DNA of 64,000 nt from the human T2T-CHM13v2.0 reference genome, Homo sapiens: assembly GCF_009914755.1 (NCBI RefSeq), contig NC_060947.1. One strand, given 5' to 3'. Shown here piece by piece: positions 1 through 18,900 of the stretch. How positions within the stretch are numbered: the first letter of the stretch is position 1; every line of letters begins with the position of its first letter. The position numbers were made by a program, and so were the translations under genes. The notes below the pieces were generated by a model, which was not told where the DNA came from, ran no database searches, and saw only the letters and a list, made by a program, of their open reading frames with translations.

Positions 1-4488
<4,488 letters not shown>

Positions 4489-5689
4489 GGTCCATGGGTG
4501 CCTGTGGAAGCCAGAATCTATAGCCAAAAACCTTAAAAGTCTACCTAGTGTTCTATTGTGCTGTGGCTGATCTGGCACTCAAACTATAAGATGCAGCCCT
4601 TCCCACACTTTCCTCCCCTTTCCAAAGGCAATGGATTCTCACCTCATGGCCACCACACCATAGGCCCAAAGGGAGTACTCCCAGGCTACAACTCATGCTC
4701 ACTTAAGGTCCAAGGGCTCATCAGTCATCTTGTGGTGAATGCTTCCTGGCATGTGACTCACCCTTCAGAGCAGTGGGCTCCCCTGTGGCCCAGAGCAGGT
4801 CCAGAAATGCTGTCCAAGAACCATGGCCTGGAATCCTGGACCCCAAGAGCCTACTTGGTACTCTACTCCCTGCTTAGCTGGTACCTAAGATGTAAACAAA
4901 GTCTCCTTTAGTTTTTCTTCTGCTTTTCTCAGGCAGGAGTCTCTCCTCAGAGCCACCACAGCTGGGAATGTGTACAGTCCCACCTTAACCCAGCAAGTTT
5001 CAGGGACTCACCAAAGGGTCTCAATGTGATATCTAGGTATTGCTGCTTTCTATTCAGGGTCCAAGGGCTCTTCAGTTAGCAAGTGATCTATCCTGCCATG
5101 ACTGGGTTCTTCCCTTCAAGGCAGTAGGTTCTCTTTTTTTCCCAGAGTGTGTCTAGAAATGTCTGGGACCTAAGACCTGGAACGGGGCCCTCATGGCTCT
5201 GCCCAGTGCAACATCCTGCTGTGACTGAGCTGGTATCCAAGATGCAAGAAAAAGTGTTCCTCACTTTTTCATCTCCTTTCCTCAAGCAGAAGGAAAGTGT
5301 CTCTTTTGGATCCATGAGCTATGCAACCTGGGGTTAAAGGAGGGGTGTTGCCACCATTCCCTTAGGCACCCTGGCTGGTGTCTCGGTACATCGTGTGCCT
5401 CCAAGTCTACTGCCTCTGAGCCCTGTTCAGCATTAGGACTCACCTAGGATTTGCAGTCCTTGTGGCCTAGACTCCCTTTCAAGTTTATTAACAGCCCCAT
5501 CTTGCTTTAGCTCATGGTGGTGAGGCTTGTGGGAACTCAAGTTTGGACTGCTTGGATTGGCCATTCCTTTCTCACTAAGGCTGTCTTAAATGCTCCCTCC
5601 ATGGGTAAGTGTCAGCTGAGTTTGGTCTGGTTTTGTTTTCTGTCATAATAGGGCAGCACTGAGTTCAGTGCAATGCCTCACAATCCCCG
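4489..5689 (-). mobile_element. Inverted 5'UTR segment of an L1MA-type element, with about three ~330-bp monomer-like units
   Basis: Recurrent motifs caagggctc (~4711, ~5062), cccttca..gcagt.gg, agaaatg and gctggtacctaag/gctggtatccaag (~4878, ~5228). From recall these resemble the antisense L1MA 5'UTR. Confidence 0.7.
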
Positions 5690-5868
5690 CCTACAATAAA
5701 TATCAAACTCTTCAATGCCCAGGCACCAACAAACATTCACAAGCATCAGGACCATCCAGGAAAACATGACCTTACAAAATGAACTAAATAAGACACCCAG
5801 GGACTGACTTATCCTGGAGAGGCAGAGATATTGTACTTTTCAGAAAAAGAATTCAAAATAGCTATTTT

Positions 5869-6260
5869 TCTTAAGATAGGAAGATAGTTTTATTTTTTTG
5901 TTTATTGTTTTTTAATTTCCATAGGTTTTTGTTGAATAGGTGGTATTTGGTTACATGATAAGTTCTTTAGTGGTGATTTGTGAGATTTTGGTTCACTCAT
6001 CACATGAGTAATATACACTGAACCCAGTTTGTAGTCTTTTATTCCTCACCCCCTTCCCATCCTTTCCTCTGAGTCCCCAAAGTCCATTGTATTATTCTTA
6101 TGCCTTTGCATCCTCATAGCTTAGCTCCCACTTATGAGTAAGAACATATGATGTTTGGTTTTACATTCTTAAGTTACTTCACTTACAATAATAGTCTCCA
6201 ATTTCATCCAGGTCATTGCAAATGCTGTTAATTCATTCATATTTATGGCTGAGTAGTATT

Positions 6261-6300
<40 letters not shown>

Positions 6301-9300
6301 ATTCCATCATATATATATATATCATTCCATCATATATATATATATCACAGTTCATTGATTAGTTGATTGATGGGCATTTGAACTGGTTCCATATTTTTCA
6401 CAATTGTGAATTGTGCTGCTATAAACATACGTGCGCAAGTATCTGTTTTTGTATAATTACTTCTTGTACTCTGGGTAGATACCCACTAGTGGGATTGCTG
6501 GATCAAATGGTAGTTCTACTTTTAGTTCTTTAAGGAATCTCCACACTGTTTTCCACAGTGGTTGTACTAGTTTACATTCTTACCACTAGTATGGAAGTGT
6601 TCCCTTTTCACTGCATCCACGCTAACATCTATTATTTTCTAATTTTTTGATCATGATCATTCTTGTGGGAGTAAGGTGGTATCGCATTGTGGTTTTGATT
6701 TGCATTTCCCTGATAATTAGTGATGTTGAACATTTTTTTATATGTTTGTTGGCCAAATGTATATCTTCTTTTGAGAATTATCTATTCATGTCCTTAGCCC
6801 ACTTTTTGATGGGATTGTTTGTCTTCGTTCATTGTAGATTCTGGATATTAGTCATTTGTCAAATGTACAGATTGTGAAGATTTTCTCCAACTCTGTGGTT
6901 TGTCTGTTTACACTGCTGACTCTTTCTTTTGCCATGCAAAAGCTCTTTACCTTAATTAAGACTCACCTATTTATCTTTGTTTTTGTTGCATTTGCTTTTG
7001 GGTTCTTGGTCATGAAATCTTTGCCTAAGCCAATGTCTAGGAGGATTTTTCCAAAGTTATCTTCTATAATTTTTATAGTTTCAGGACTTAGATTTAAGTT
7101 GTTGATCCATCTTGAGTTGATTTCTTTATAAGGTGAGAGATAAGAATCCAGTTTTATTCTCCTACATGTGGCTTGCCAATTATCCCAGCACCATTGGTTG
7201 AATAGCGTGTCTTTCCCCCACTTTATGTTTTTGTTTGCTTTATCAAAGATCAGGTGGCTGTAAGTATTTGGCTTTGTTTCTGGGTTTTCTTTTCTGTTCC
7301 ATTGGGCGATGTGCCCATTTTTATACCAGTATCATGCTGTTTTGGTGACTATGGCCTTATAATATAGTTTGAAATCAGGTAATGTGATGCCTCTAGATTT
7401 GTTCTTTTTGCTTAGTCTTGCTTTGGATATGCAGGCTCTATTTTGGTTCCATATGAACTTTAGGAGTGCTTTTTCTAGTTCTGTGAGGAATGATGGTGGT
7501 ATTTTGATGGGAATTGCATTGAATTTGTAGATTGCTTTTGGCAGTAAGTTCATTTTCACAATATTAATTCTACCCATCCATGAACATGGGATGTGTTTCC
7601 ATTTGTTTGTGTTGTCTATGATTTCTTTCAGCAGTTTTTTGTAGCTTTCCGTGCAGAGGTCATTCACCTTCTTGTTCAGGTATATTCTTAAGTATTTTAT
7701 TTTTTGCAGCTATTGGGAAAGGGATTGACTTCTTGTTTGAGTCTCAGCTTGGTTGCTGTTGTTGTATAGCAGAGCTACTGATTTGTGTCCATTAATTTTG
7801 TATCCTGAAACTTTGCTGAATTCATTTACCAATTCCAGAAGCTTTTTAGATGAGTCTTTAGGGTTTTCTAGGTATACAATCATATCATCAGCAAACAGCA
7901 ACAGTTTGGCTTCCTCTTTACAGATTTGGACGCCATTTATTTCTTTCTGTTGTCTGATTGCTCTGGCTAGGACTTTCAGTACTATGTTGAATAGAAGTGG
8001 TGAGAGTGGGCATACTTGTCTAGTTCCAGTTCTCAGAGGGAATGCTTTCAACTTTTACCCATTCAGTATAATGTTGGCTCTGGATTTGTCATGGATTGCT
8101 TTTATTACATTGAGGTATGTCCCTTGTGTAACAATTTTGCTGAGTGTTTTAATCATAAAGTGATGCTGGATTTTGTCAAATGCTTTTTCTGCATCTACTG
8201 AGATGATCATGTGATTTTTGTTTTTAATTGTGTTTATGTGGTGTATCATACTTACTGACTTGCCTATATTAAACCATCCCTGCATCTCTGCTATGAAACC
8301 CACTTTATCATAGTGGATTATTTTTTTGATATGCTGTTGGTTTCAGTTAGCTAGTATTTTGTTAATAAATTTTGCATCTATGTTCATCAGAGATATTGGT
8401 CTTTAGTTTCTTTTTTTTGTTATGTCCTCTCCTGGTTTTGATATTAGGGTGATACTGACTTCATAAAATGAATTAGAAAGGATTCTGTTTTTCTCTATCT
8501 TGTGGAATAGTGCCAATAGGATTGGTACCAATTCTTCTTTGAATATCTGGTAGAATTCAGCTGTGAATCTGTCTGGTCCTGGACTTTTCTTTGTTGGTAA
8601 TGTTTCTATTACCATTTCAATCTTGCTGCTTGTTACTGGTATGTTCAGGGTTTCTAATTTTCCCTGATTTAAGCTTGGAGGGTTTTATCTTTCCAAGAAT
8701 TTATCCATCTCCTCTAGGTTTTCTAGTTTACATACATAAAGGTATTAATAGTAGCCTTGAATGATCTTTTGTATTTCTGTGGAGTTGGTTGTAACATCTC
8801 CCATTTCATTTCTAATTGAGCTTATTTGGATCTTCTCTCTTCTTTTCTTGGTTAATCTCACTAATGGTCTATCAATTTTATTTATCTTTCCAAAGATCCA
8901 GCTTTTTGTTTCATTTATCTTTTGTATTGCTTTTTCGTTTCAATTTCATTTAGTTCTGCTGTAATCTTGGTTATTTCCTTTCTTCTGCTGGGTTTGGGTT
9001 TGGTTTGTTTTTGTTTCTCTAGTTCCTTCAGGTGTAACCTTACATTGTCTATTTGTGCTCTTTCAGACTTTTTGATGAAGGCATTTAGGCCTATGAACTT
9101 TCTTCTTAGCATTGCGTTTGCTCTAGCCCAGAAGTTCTGATAGGTGGTGTCACTGTTGTTGTTCAGTTCAAAGACTTTTTTAACTTCCATCTTGATTTCA
9201 TTGTTAACCCAATGATCACTCAGGAGCTGTTTATTTAATTTCCATGTATTTGTATGTTTTTGAAGGTTCCTTTTGGAGTTGATTTCCCATTTTATTCCAC

Positions 9301-12280
9301 TGTGGTCTGAGATAGTACTTGATTAATTTCAATTTTCTTAAATTTATCAAGACTTGTTTTGTGACCTATTATATGGTCTATCTTCGAGAAAGTTCCATGC
9401 ACCAATGAATAGAATGTCTATTGTGTAGTTGTTGGGTAGAATGTTCTGTAAATATCTGTTAAGTCCCTTTGTTTCAGGGTATAGTTTAAATACATTGTTT
9501 ATTTGTTGACTTTCTGTCTTGATGACCTGTCTAGTGCTGTCAGTGGAGTATTGGAGTCTCCCACTATTATTGTGTTGCTGTCTATCTCATTTCTTAGGTG
9601 TAGTAGTAATTGTTTTATAAATTTGGGAACTCCAGTGTTAGGTGCATATATATTTAGGATTGTGGTATTTTCCTGTTGGTCAAAGCTTTTTATCATTATA
9701 TGATGTCCCTCTTTGTCTTTTTTTGAGTACTGTTTCTTTAAAGTTTGTTTTGTCTGGTATAAGAATATCTACCCCTGCTCACTTTTGGTGTCCATTTTCA
9801 TGGAATGTCTTTTTCCACCCCTTTACCTTAAGTTTTTGTGAGTCCTTATGTGTTAGGTGACTCTCTTGAAGGCAGCAGATACTTGGTTGGTGAATTCTTA
9901 TCCATTCTGTCATTCTGTATCTTTTAAGTGGAGCATTTAGGCCATTTGCACTTAATGTTAGATTGAGATGTGAGGTACTAGTCCATTCATTGTGCTATTT
10001 GTTGCCTGTATACTTTGTTGTTTTTTTAATTGTATTTTAGTTTTATAGGTCCTGTGAGTTTTATGCTTTAAGGAGGTTCTGTCTCAATGTGTTTTCAGGA
10101 TTTGTTTCAAGATTTAGGGCTCCCTTTAGCAGTTCTTGTAGTGCTGGCTTGACAGTGGCAAATTCTCTCAGCATTTATTTGTCTGAAAAAGACTGTTTCT
10201 TTCCTTCTCTTATGAAGCTTAGTTTCACTGGATACAAAATTCTTGGCTGATAAATGTTCTGTTTAAAGAGGCTGAAGATAGGGCCCCAATCCCTCCTTAC
10301 CTGTAGGGTTTCTGCTGATATGTTAATCTGATAGGTTTTCCTTTACCAATTACCTGGTGCTTTTGCCTCACAGTTCTTAAGAAAATTTCCTTCATCTTGA
10401 CTTTAGATAACCTGATGACTATGTGCCTAGGCAATGATCTTTTTGTGATGAATTTCCCAGGGGTTTGTTGAACTTCTTGTGTTTAAATACCTAGGTCTCT
10501 GGCAAAACCAGGGAAGTTTTCCTCAATTATTTCCTCAAGTCTGTTTTCCAAACTTTTAGATTTATCTTCTTCCTTGGGAACACCAATTAGTATTATGTTT
10601 GGTTGTTTAACATAATCCCAAATTTCTTAGAGGCTTTGTTCATATTTTAAATACTTTTTTCTTTGTTTTTGTTGGATTGGGTTAATTCAGAAACCTTGTC
10701 TTTGAGCTCTGAAGTTCTTTCTTCTGCTTGTTCAATTCTATTGCTGAGGCTTTCCAGTACATTTTGCATTTCTCTAAATGTGTCATTTCCTAAAGTTGTA
10801 ATTGTCTTTTATTTATGCTATTTCACTGTATATTTCTCCCCTCATATTTTGTATCATTTTATTGATTTTCTTAAATTGGACTTCACCCTTCTCTAGTGCC
10901 TCCTTGATTAGCTTACTAATCACACTTCTGAATTCTTTTTCAGGTAAATCAAGGATTTCTTCTTGGTTTGGATCCATTGCTTGGCAAGCTGGTGTTATTT
11001 CGGAAGGTGTTAAAGAACCGTGTTTTGTCATATTACCAGAATTGTTTTTCTGGTTCCTTCTCATTTTGGTAGGCTGTGTCAGTGGGAAGATTCAAGACTG
11101 CTGGGGCTCAAGGCTGCTGTTCAGATTCTTTTGTCCCACAGGGTGTTCCATTGATGTAGTATTCTCCCCCCTTTCCTAGGGTGTGGCTTCCTGAGAACCA
11201 AACTCTAGTGATTGTTATTTCTCTTTTGGATCTAACCACCCAGCAGGGCTACCAGGCTCCAGGATGGCACTGGGGGTTGTCTGCACAGAGTTCTGTGATG
11301 TGAACGGTCTTCAGTTCTCTCAGCTGTGGATACCAGTACCTGCTCCAGTGGAGGTGGCAAGGGAGTGAAATGGACTCTGTGAGAGTCCTTAGTTTTGGTT
11401 GTTTAATGCAACATTTTGTGCTGGTTAGCCTTTTGCCAGGAGGTAGTGCTTTCAAGAGAGCATCAGCTGTGGTATTATAGGGACGATCAGGTGGTGAGTG
11501 GGGCCCTAGAACTCCCAAGAGAATATGTCCTTTGTCTTCAGCTACCAGGGTGGGTAGGAAAGGACCATCAGGTGGAGCCACAGTTAGGTGTGCCCCCCAC
11601 AACAGCACCGAGTTTGTTTTCAGGCAGTGGGTGAGCAGGGCTGAGAACCTGCCCCAGGATTCCAGCCTCCCAACTGAAAAAGCAAGCAGTACTTCTGCAC
11701 CTCCCCACCTGTCAAGTCTGCACACCAGTTTCATGCCCTCCCCCAAGTTCTGGTCAGGAGATTTTGTATTCAGTTGGAATTGTTACAAAGTTCAGCTGGA
11801 AGTTTCTCCCTGTGGTCTTTTCCCAGTTCCTCTGGCAGCCCTCCCCAAGGACCCCTGTGAGACAAGTCTGAAATGGCTTCCCTGGGGACTCAGAGAGCCC
11901 ACAGGGCTTTTCCCACTGCTTCCTCTACCCCTGTATTTCATTTGGCTGTCTAAATTGACTCAGCTCCAGGTAAGGTCAAACCCTTCTCCAGTTATCTAGA
12001 CTTTTGGGTTCCCCAGTGAGGGTGTGTGTTCGGAGGCCAACGATCCCCCTTTCCCACTGTCACAGCTTGGACACTGACAGTATTTGGGCTGTCTCCTGGG
12101 TCCTGCAGGAGAAATCCACTTCCTTCAAAGGGTCTGTGAATTTTCTCAGCTTTCCTGGTATATTCCTGCAGTAGTTCTGGAGCAAAAGTTCATGATGTGA
12201 GTCTCCACATGCTGCTCTGTCCATCCAAGCTGGAGCTGCAAGCTAGTCCTGCCTTCTATCTAATATCTTCCCAAGAAGTC
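5869..12280 (-). mobile_element. Near full-length L1PB-type LINE-1
   Basis: Minus-strand ORF1 (MRRNQKNNSGNMTKHGSLTP, 11064) and ORF2 fragments (LLFADDMIV, 7710-8051); L1PB-like 3'UTR. TSD caaaatagct[a/g]tttt at 5854-5868 and 12281-12295 (14/15 match). Confidence 0.9.
6258..6346. repeat. (TA)n microsatellite with a repeated attccatcat unit, inside the L1PB 3'UTR
   Basis: attccatcat followed by (at)n occurs three times. Confidence 0.9.
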
Positions 12281-15104
12281 CAAAATAGCTGTTTTGAGGA
12301 AACTCAAAGAAATTCAAGATAAATCAGAGAAGGAATTCAAAATTCTATAAGATAATCTTAACAAAGAGGTTGAAATAAATAGAAAGAATCAAGCAGAAAT
12401 TGTGGAATTGGCAAATGCAATGACATACTGAAGAATGTATCAGAGACTTTTAATAGAAGAATTGATCAAGCAGAAGAAAGAATTGGTGAGCTTGAAGACA
12501 GGCTATTTGAAAATACAAAGTCAGAGGAGACAAAAGGAAAAATAATAAAAAACAATGAAGTACACCTATGGGACTTGGAAAATACCATCAAAATGGCAAA
12601 TCTAAGAGTAACTGGCTTTAAAGAGGAGTTACATGAGCGATATGCTTAGAAAATTTATTCAAAGTGATAATAACTGAGAACTTCCCAAATCAAAAGAAAC
12701 ATAGCAATATCCAAGTATAAGAAGGTTATAGAACACCAAACAGATTTAACCCAAAGAAGACTATCTCAAGGCATTTAATAATCAAACTCCAAAAGGTCAA
12801 GGATAAAGAAAGGATTCTAAAAGCAGCAAGAGAAAAGAAATAACATACCATGGAGTTCCAATATGTCTGGCAGCAGACTTTTCAGTGGAAACCTTACAGA
12901 TCAGGAGAGTGGCATGAGACATTTAAAGTGCTGAAGGAAAAAAAATCTTTTACCCTAGAATAGTTTATCTGCTGAAAATAATCTTCAAACATGAAGGAGA
13001 AATAAAGACTTTTCTAGACAAACAAAAGCTGAATGATTTTATCAACATGAGACCTGTCCTACAAGAAATGCTAAAGGAAGTACTTCAGTCAGAAAGAAAA
13101 GAGTGTTAATGAGAAATAAGCAATCATCTGAAGGTACAAAACTCACTGGTAATAGTAAGCACACAGAAAAACACAGTGTATTATGCCATTGTAACTGTAG
13201 TGTGTGAACTCCACTTATCCTAAGTAGACATACTGAATGATGAGCCAAATAAAAATAATAACTACAACTTTTCAAGACATAGACAGCACGATAAGATAGA
13301 AATAGTAAAAAGTTAAAAAGTGGGGGACAAAGTTAAAGTGTGGAATTTTTATTAGTTTTCTTTTTGCTTTTTTGTTTGTTTAGGCAAACAGTGTTAAGGT
13401 TTTTTCCAGCTTAAAATAATGAGTTATAAGATAATATTTAAAAGCCTCATGGTATCCTCAAGTCAAAAAAATACAAAAGATACACAAAAAATAAAACAGA
13501 AGAAATTAAATCATACAATTAGAGAAAATCACTAAAAGTCAAACAAGAAGGAAGGAAAGAAAGAAGATTACAATCAATCTGAAAACAAGTAACAAAGTGG
13601 CAGAAGTAAGTTCTTAATTATCAATAATAATATTGAATGTAAATGGACTAAACTCTTCAATCAAAAGACATAGAGTAGCTGAATGGATTAAAACAAACAA
13701 CAACAAAAAAATAAGACCCAATGATCTGTTGCCTACAAGAAACACAGTAGACTGAAAATAAAGTGATGAAAACATATATTCCATGGCAATGGAAATGAAA
13801 AAAGTAGGAGTAGCTATACCTATACCAGAAAAAATAGATTTCAAGACAAAAACTATAAGAAGAGACAGAGAAGGTCATTATATAATGATAAAGGAGTCAA
13901 TTCAGCAATAGGATATAAAAATTTCATATATGTATGCATGCAACAATGAAGCACCCAGATATATAAAGCAAATATTATCAAAGCTGAAGTGAGAGATACA
14001 CCTCAATACAATAATACCTGGAAACTTCAACACCCCACTTTCAGCACTGGCCAGATCTTTCAGACAAGAAACTTCTGACTTAATCTGCACACTGTAGAAC
14101 AAATGGACCTTAATAGATTTTTACAGAACATTTTATTGAATGACTGCAGAATGCACCTTCTTTTCCTCAGTACATGGATCATTCCCAATGATAAACCATA
14201 TGTTAGGTCACAAAACAAGTCTTAAGACATTCAAAAAATTTGAAATAATCTCAAGCATCTTCTCTGACCCCAAAAGAATGAAACTAGAAATCAAAAAAAA
14301 GAGGAATTTTTGAAAACTCTAAAACATATCGATATTACACAATATGCTTCTTAATGACTAGTGGGTCAATGAAGAAATTAAGAAGGAAATTGAAAAATTA
14401 TTTGAAACCAATGATAATGAAAACACAACAGACCAAATCCTAAGAGATACAGTGAAAGTAAGAGGGAAGTTTATAGCTGTAAGTGCCTCACATCAAAAAG
14501 AAGAAAAAGTTCAAATGAACAACTTAACAATGCATGTTAGAGAACCAGAAAAGCAAGACAAACCAAACCCAAAATTAGTACAAGAAAAGAAATAGTAAAG
14601 ATTGGAGTAGAAATAAATCAATTTGAAATGAAGAAAACAATAGAAAAGATAAATTAAACAAAAGTTGTTTTTTTAAGTTAAACAAAATCAACAAACCTTT
14701 AGTCAGAATAAGAAAAAAACAGAGAATATTCAAATAAATAAAATCAAAGATGAAAAAGGAGATGTTACCACTCATAATGCAGAAATTCAGAGAATAATTA
14801 GTGGCTACTATGAGCAAATATATGCCAATAAATTGGAAACTCTAGAAGAAATGGACAAATTTCTAGACACATACAACCTAACAAGATTGAACCATGAAGA
14901 AACCCAAAACCTGAACAGACCAATATCAAATAACATGATCAAAGCCATAATAAAAAGTCTCCCAGCAAAGAAAAGAATGGGATCTAATTGGCTTCACTCC
15001 TAAATTATACCAAACTTTTAGAAGGACTGATTCTAATCATACTCAAACTATTCCAAAAATAGAAGAGGAGGGAATATTTCCAAAGTCATTCTTCAAAGGC
15101 AGTA

Positions 15105-15344
15105 TTACTCTGATTCCAATATCAGACAAAGACACATGAAAAAAAAAGAAAAAATAGGTCAATATCACTGATGAATATTGATGCAAAAATCCTCAGCAAA
15201 ATACTGCCTTTGTCTGATTTTTGTCTGATACTGTCAGCCAGTATTTTGCTGAGGATTTTTGAATCAATATTCACCAGTGATGTTGGCCTATTGTTTTCTC
15301 TTTTTTTTTTGATGTGTCTTTGTCTGATTTTGGTATTAGGGTAA
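15105..15344. repeat. Inverted repeat (~100-bp arms, 32-bp spacer) inside L1MA ORF2
   Basis: 15105-15206 (ttactctgattccaatatcagacaaagacac...cagcaaaatactg) is the approximate reverse complement of 15239-15344 (cagtattttgctg...gtgtctttgtctgattttggtattagggtaa). Confidence 0.92.
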
Positions 15345-15921
15345 ATCAAATTTAATAACACATAAAAAAGTTCATCCATCATGACCATGTTGATATCCCA
15401 GGGATCCAAGGATGGTTTGACATACACAAATCAATCAATGTGATACATCACATCAACAGAATAAAGGACAAAAAACCATATGATCATTTCAATTGATTCT
15501 GAAACAGCATTTGGTAAAGTTCAACATCCCTTCATGATAAAAACCATCAAAACACTGAGGATAGAGGGAACACACCTCAACATAATAAAAGCCATATATG
15601 ACAGACCCACAGCTAGTATCATACGGAATAGGGAAAAACTGAAAGGCTTACCTCTAAGATCTGGAACATAACAATGATGCCCACTTTCACTGCTGATATT
15701 CAACCTAGTACTGTAAGTAATAGCTAGAGCAATCAGACAGGAGAAAGTTATAAAGTACATCCAAATTGGAATGGAAGAAATCAAATTATCCTTGTTTGCA
15801 GATGTTATGATCTTATATTTGGAAAATCAAAAAGATTCCATGAAAAAACTATTACAACTGATAAACAAATTCAGTAAAGTTGCAGAATACAAAATAAACA
15901 TACAAAAATTAGTAGCATTTC

Positions 15922-18900
15922 AGGTGGTGGGCAAGATGGATGAATAGAAACAGCTCTGGTCTGCAGCTCCCAGAGAGATCAACACAGAAGGTGGGTGATT
16001 TCTGCATTTCCAACTGAGGTATACAGCTCATCTTATTGGGACTGGTTAGACAGTGGGTGCAGCCCATGGAGGGTGAGCCAAAGCAGGGTGGGGCATCACC
16101 TCACCCAGGAAGCACAGGGGATAGGGGAACTCCGTTCCCTAGCCAAGGGAAGCCACGAGGGACTGCGCCATGAGGAATGCTGCACTCCAGCCCAGACACT
16201 ATGATTTTCCCATGGTCTTCACAACCCACGAACCAGGAGATTCCCTCAGGTGCCTACACCATCAGGGCCCTGGGTTTCAAGCACAAAACTGGGTGGCCAT
16301 TTCGGCAGACACCAAGCTAGCTGAAGGAGTTTTTTTTTTTTTTCATACCCCAGTGGCAGCTGGAATGCCAGTGAGACAGAACCATTCACTCCCCTGGAAA
16401 GAGTGCTGAAGCCAGGGAGCCCAGTGGTCTATCTCAGTGAATCCCACCCCCACAAAGCCCAGCAAGCTAAGATCCACTGGCTCGAAATTCTCACTGCCAG
16501 CACAGCAGTCTGAAGTCAACCTGGGATGCTGGAGCTTGGTGCCTGGAGGGGTGTCCACCATTACTGAGGCTTGAGTAGGTGATTTTTCCCTCACAGTGTA
16601 CACAAAGCCACCAGGAAGTTCGAATTGGGTGGAGCCCATGGCAACTTGGCAAAGCTGCTGTAGCCAGACTGCCTCTCTAGATTCCTCCTCTCTGAGCACG
16701 GCATCTCTGAAAAAAAGGCAGCAGCCTCAGTCAGGGGCTTATAGATAAAACTCCCATCTCCCTGGGACAGAGCACCTGGGGGAAGGGGTGGCTGTGGGTG
16801 CAGCTTCAGCAGACCTAAACATTCCTGCCTGCCAGCTCTGAAGAGAACAGTGGATCTCCCAGCACAGTGCTCGAGTTCTGCTAAGGGACAGACAGCCTGC
16901 TCAAGTGGGTCCCTGACCCCCATGCCTCCTGACTGGGAAACACCTCCCAGCAGGGGTCAACAGACACCTCATACAGGAGAGGTCTGGCAGGCATCTGGCA
17001 GATGCCCCTCAGGGATGAAGCTTCCAGAGGAAGGAACAGGCAGCAAACTTTGCTGTTCTGCAGCCTCCACTGGTGATACCCAGGCAAACAGTGTCTGGAG
17101 TGGACCTCCAGCAAACTTCAGGAGACCGGCAGCAGAGGGGCCTGACTGTTTAAGGAGAAGTAACAAACAGAAAGGAATGGACTCAACATCAACAAAAAGG
17201 ACGTCCACACCAAAACCCCATCGGAAGGTCACCAACATCAAAGACCAAAGGTAGATAAATCTATGAAGATGAGGAAAAACCAGCGCAAAAAGCCTGAAAA
17301 TTCCAAAAACCAGAATGCCTCTTTTCCTCCAAAGGATCACAACTCTTTGCCAGCAAGGGAACAAAACTACATAGAGAATGAGTTTGATAAGTTGACAGAA
17401 GTAGGCTTCAGAAGGTGGGTAATAAACTCCTCTGAGCTAAAGGAACATGTTCTAACCCAATGCAAGGAAGCTAAGTACCTTGAAAAAAAGGTTAGAGGAA
17501 TTGCCAACTAGAATAACCAGCTTAGAGAAGAAAATAAATGACCTGATGTAGCTGAAAAACTCAGCACAAAAACTTTGTTAAGCATACACAAGTATCAAAG
17601 CTGAATCAATCAAGTGGAAGAAAGGATATCAGAGACTGAAGATCAACTTAATGAAATAAAGCATGAAGACAAGATTAGAGAAAAAAGAATGAAAAGGAAT
17701 GAGCAAAGCCTCCAAGAAATATGGGACTATGTGAAAAGACCAAACCTACATTTTTTTGGTGTACCTGAAAGTGACAGGGAGAATGGAACCAAGTTGGAAA
17801 ACACTCTGCAGGATATTATCCAGGAGAACTTCCCCAACATAGCAAGACAGGTCAACATTCAAATTCAGGAAATACAGAGAATACCACAAAGATGCTCCTT
17901 GAGAAGAGCAACCCGAAGACACATAATCATCAGATTCACCAAGGTTGAAATGAAGAAAAACATGTTAAGGGCAGCCAGAGAGAAAGCCTATGTTACCCAC
18001 AAAGGGAAGCCCATCAGACTAACAGTGGGTCTCTCTGCAGATAGCCTACAAGCCAGAAGAGAGGGGGTGCCAATATTCAACATTCTTAAAGAAAAGAATT
18101 TTCAACCCAGAATTTCATATCCAGGCAAACGAAGCTTCATAAACAAAGGAGAAATAAAATCCTTTACAGACAAGCAAATGCTGAGATATTTTGTCACCAC
18201 CATGCCTGCCTTACAAAGCTACTGAAGGAAGCACTAAATATGGAAAGGAAAAACTGGTACCAGCCACTGCAAAAACATACCAAATTGTAAAGTCTATCAA
18301 CACTATAAAGAAACTGCATCAACTAACAGGCAAAATAACCAGCTATCATCATAATGACAGGATCAAATTCACACATAACAATATTAATCTTAAATGGAAA
18401 TGGGCTAAATGCACCAATTAAAAGGCACAGACTGGCAAATTGGATAATGAGTTAAGACCCATCGGTGTGCTGTATTCAGGAGACCCATCCCACATGCAAA
18501 GACACACACAGGCTCAAAATAAAGGGATGCAGGAATATTTACCAAGCAAATGAAAAGCAAAAAAACCCATTGGTTTCAATTCTAGTCTCTGATAAAACAG
18601 ACTTTAAACCAAGAAAGATCAAAATAGATGAAGAAGGGCATTACATAATGGTAAAGGGATCAATGCAACAAGAAGAGCTAACTATCCTAAATATATATGC
18701 ACCCAATACAGGAGCACCCAGGTTCATAAAGCAAGTTCTTAGAGACCTACAAAGAGACTTAGACTCCCACACGATAATAGTGGGAGATTTAAAACCCACT
18801 GTCAATATTACACAGATCAACGAGACAGAAAATTAACATGGATATTCAGGACTTGAATGCAGCTCTGGACCAAGAGGACGTAATAGACATCTAGTGAACT

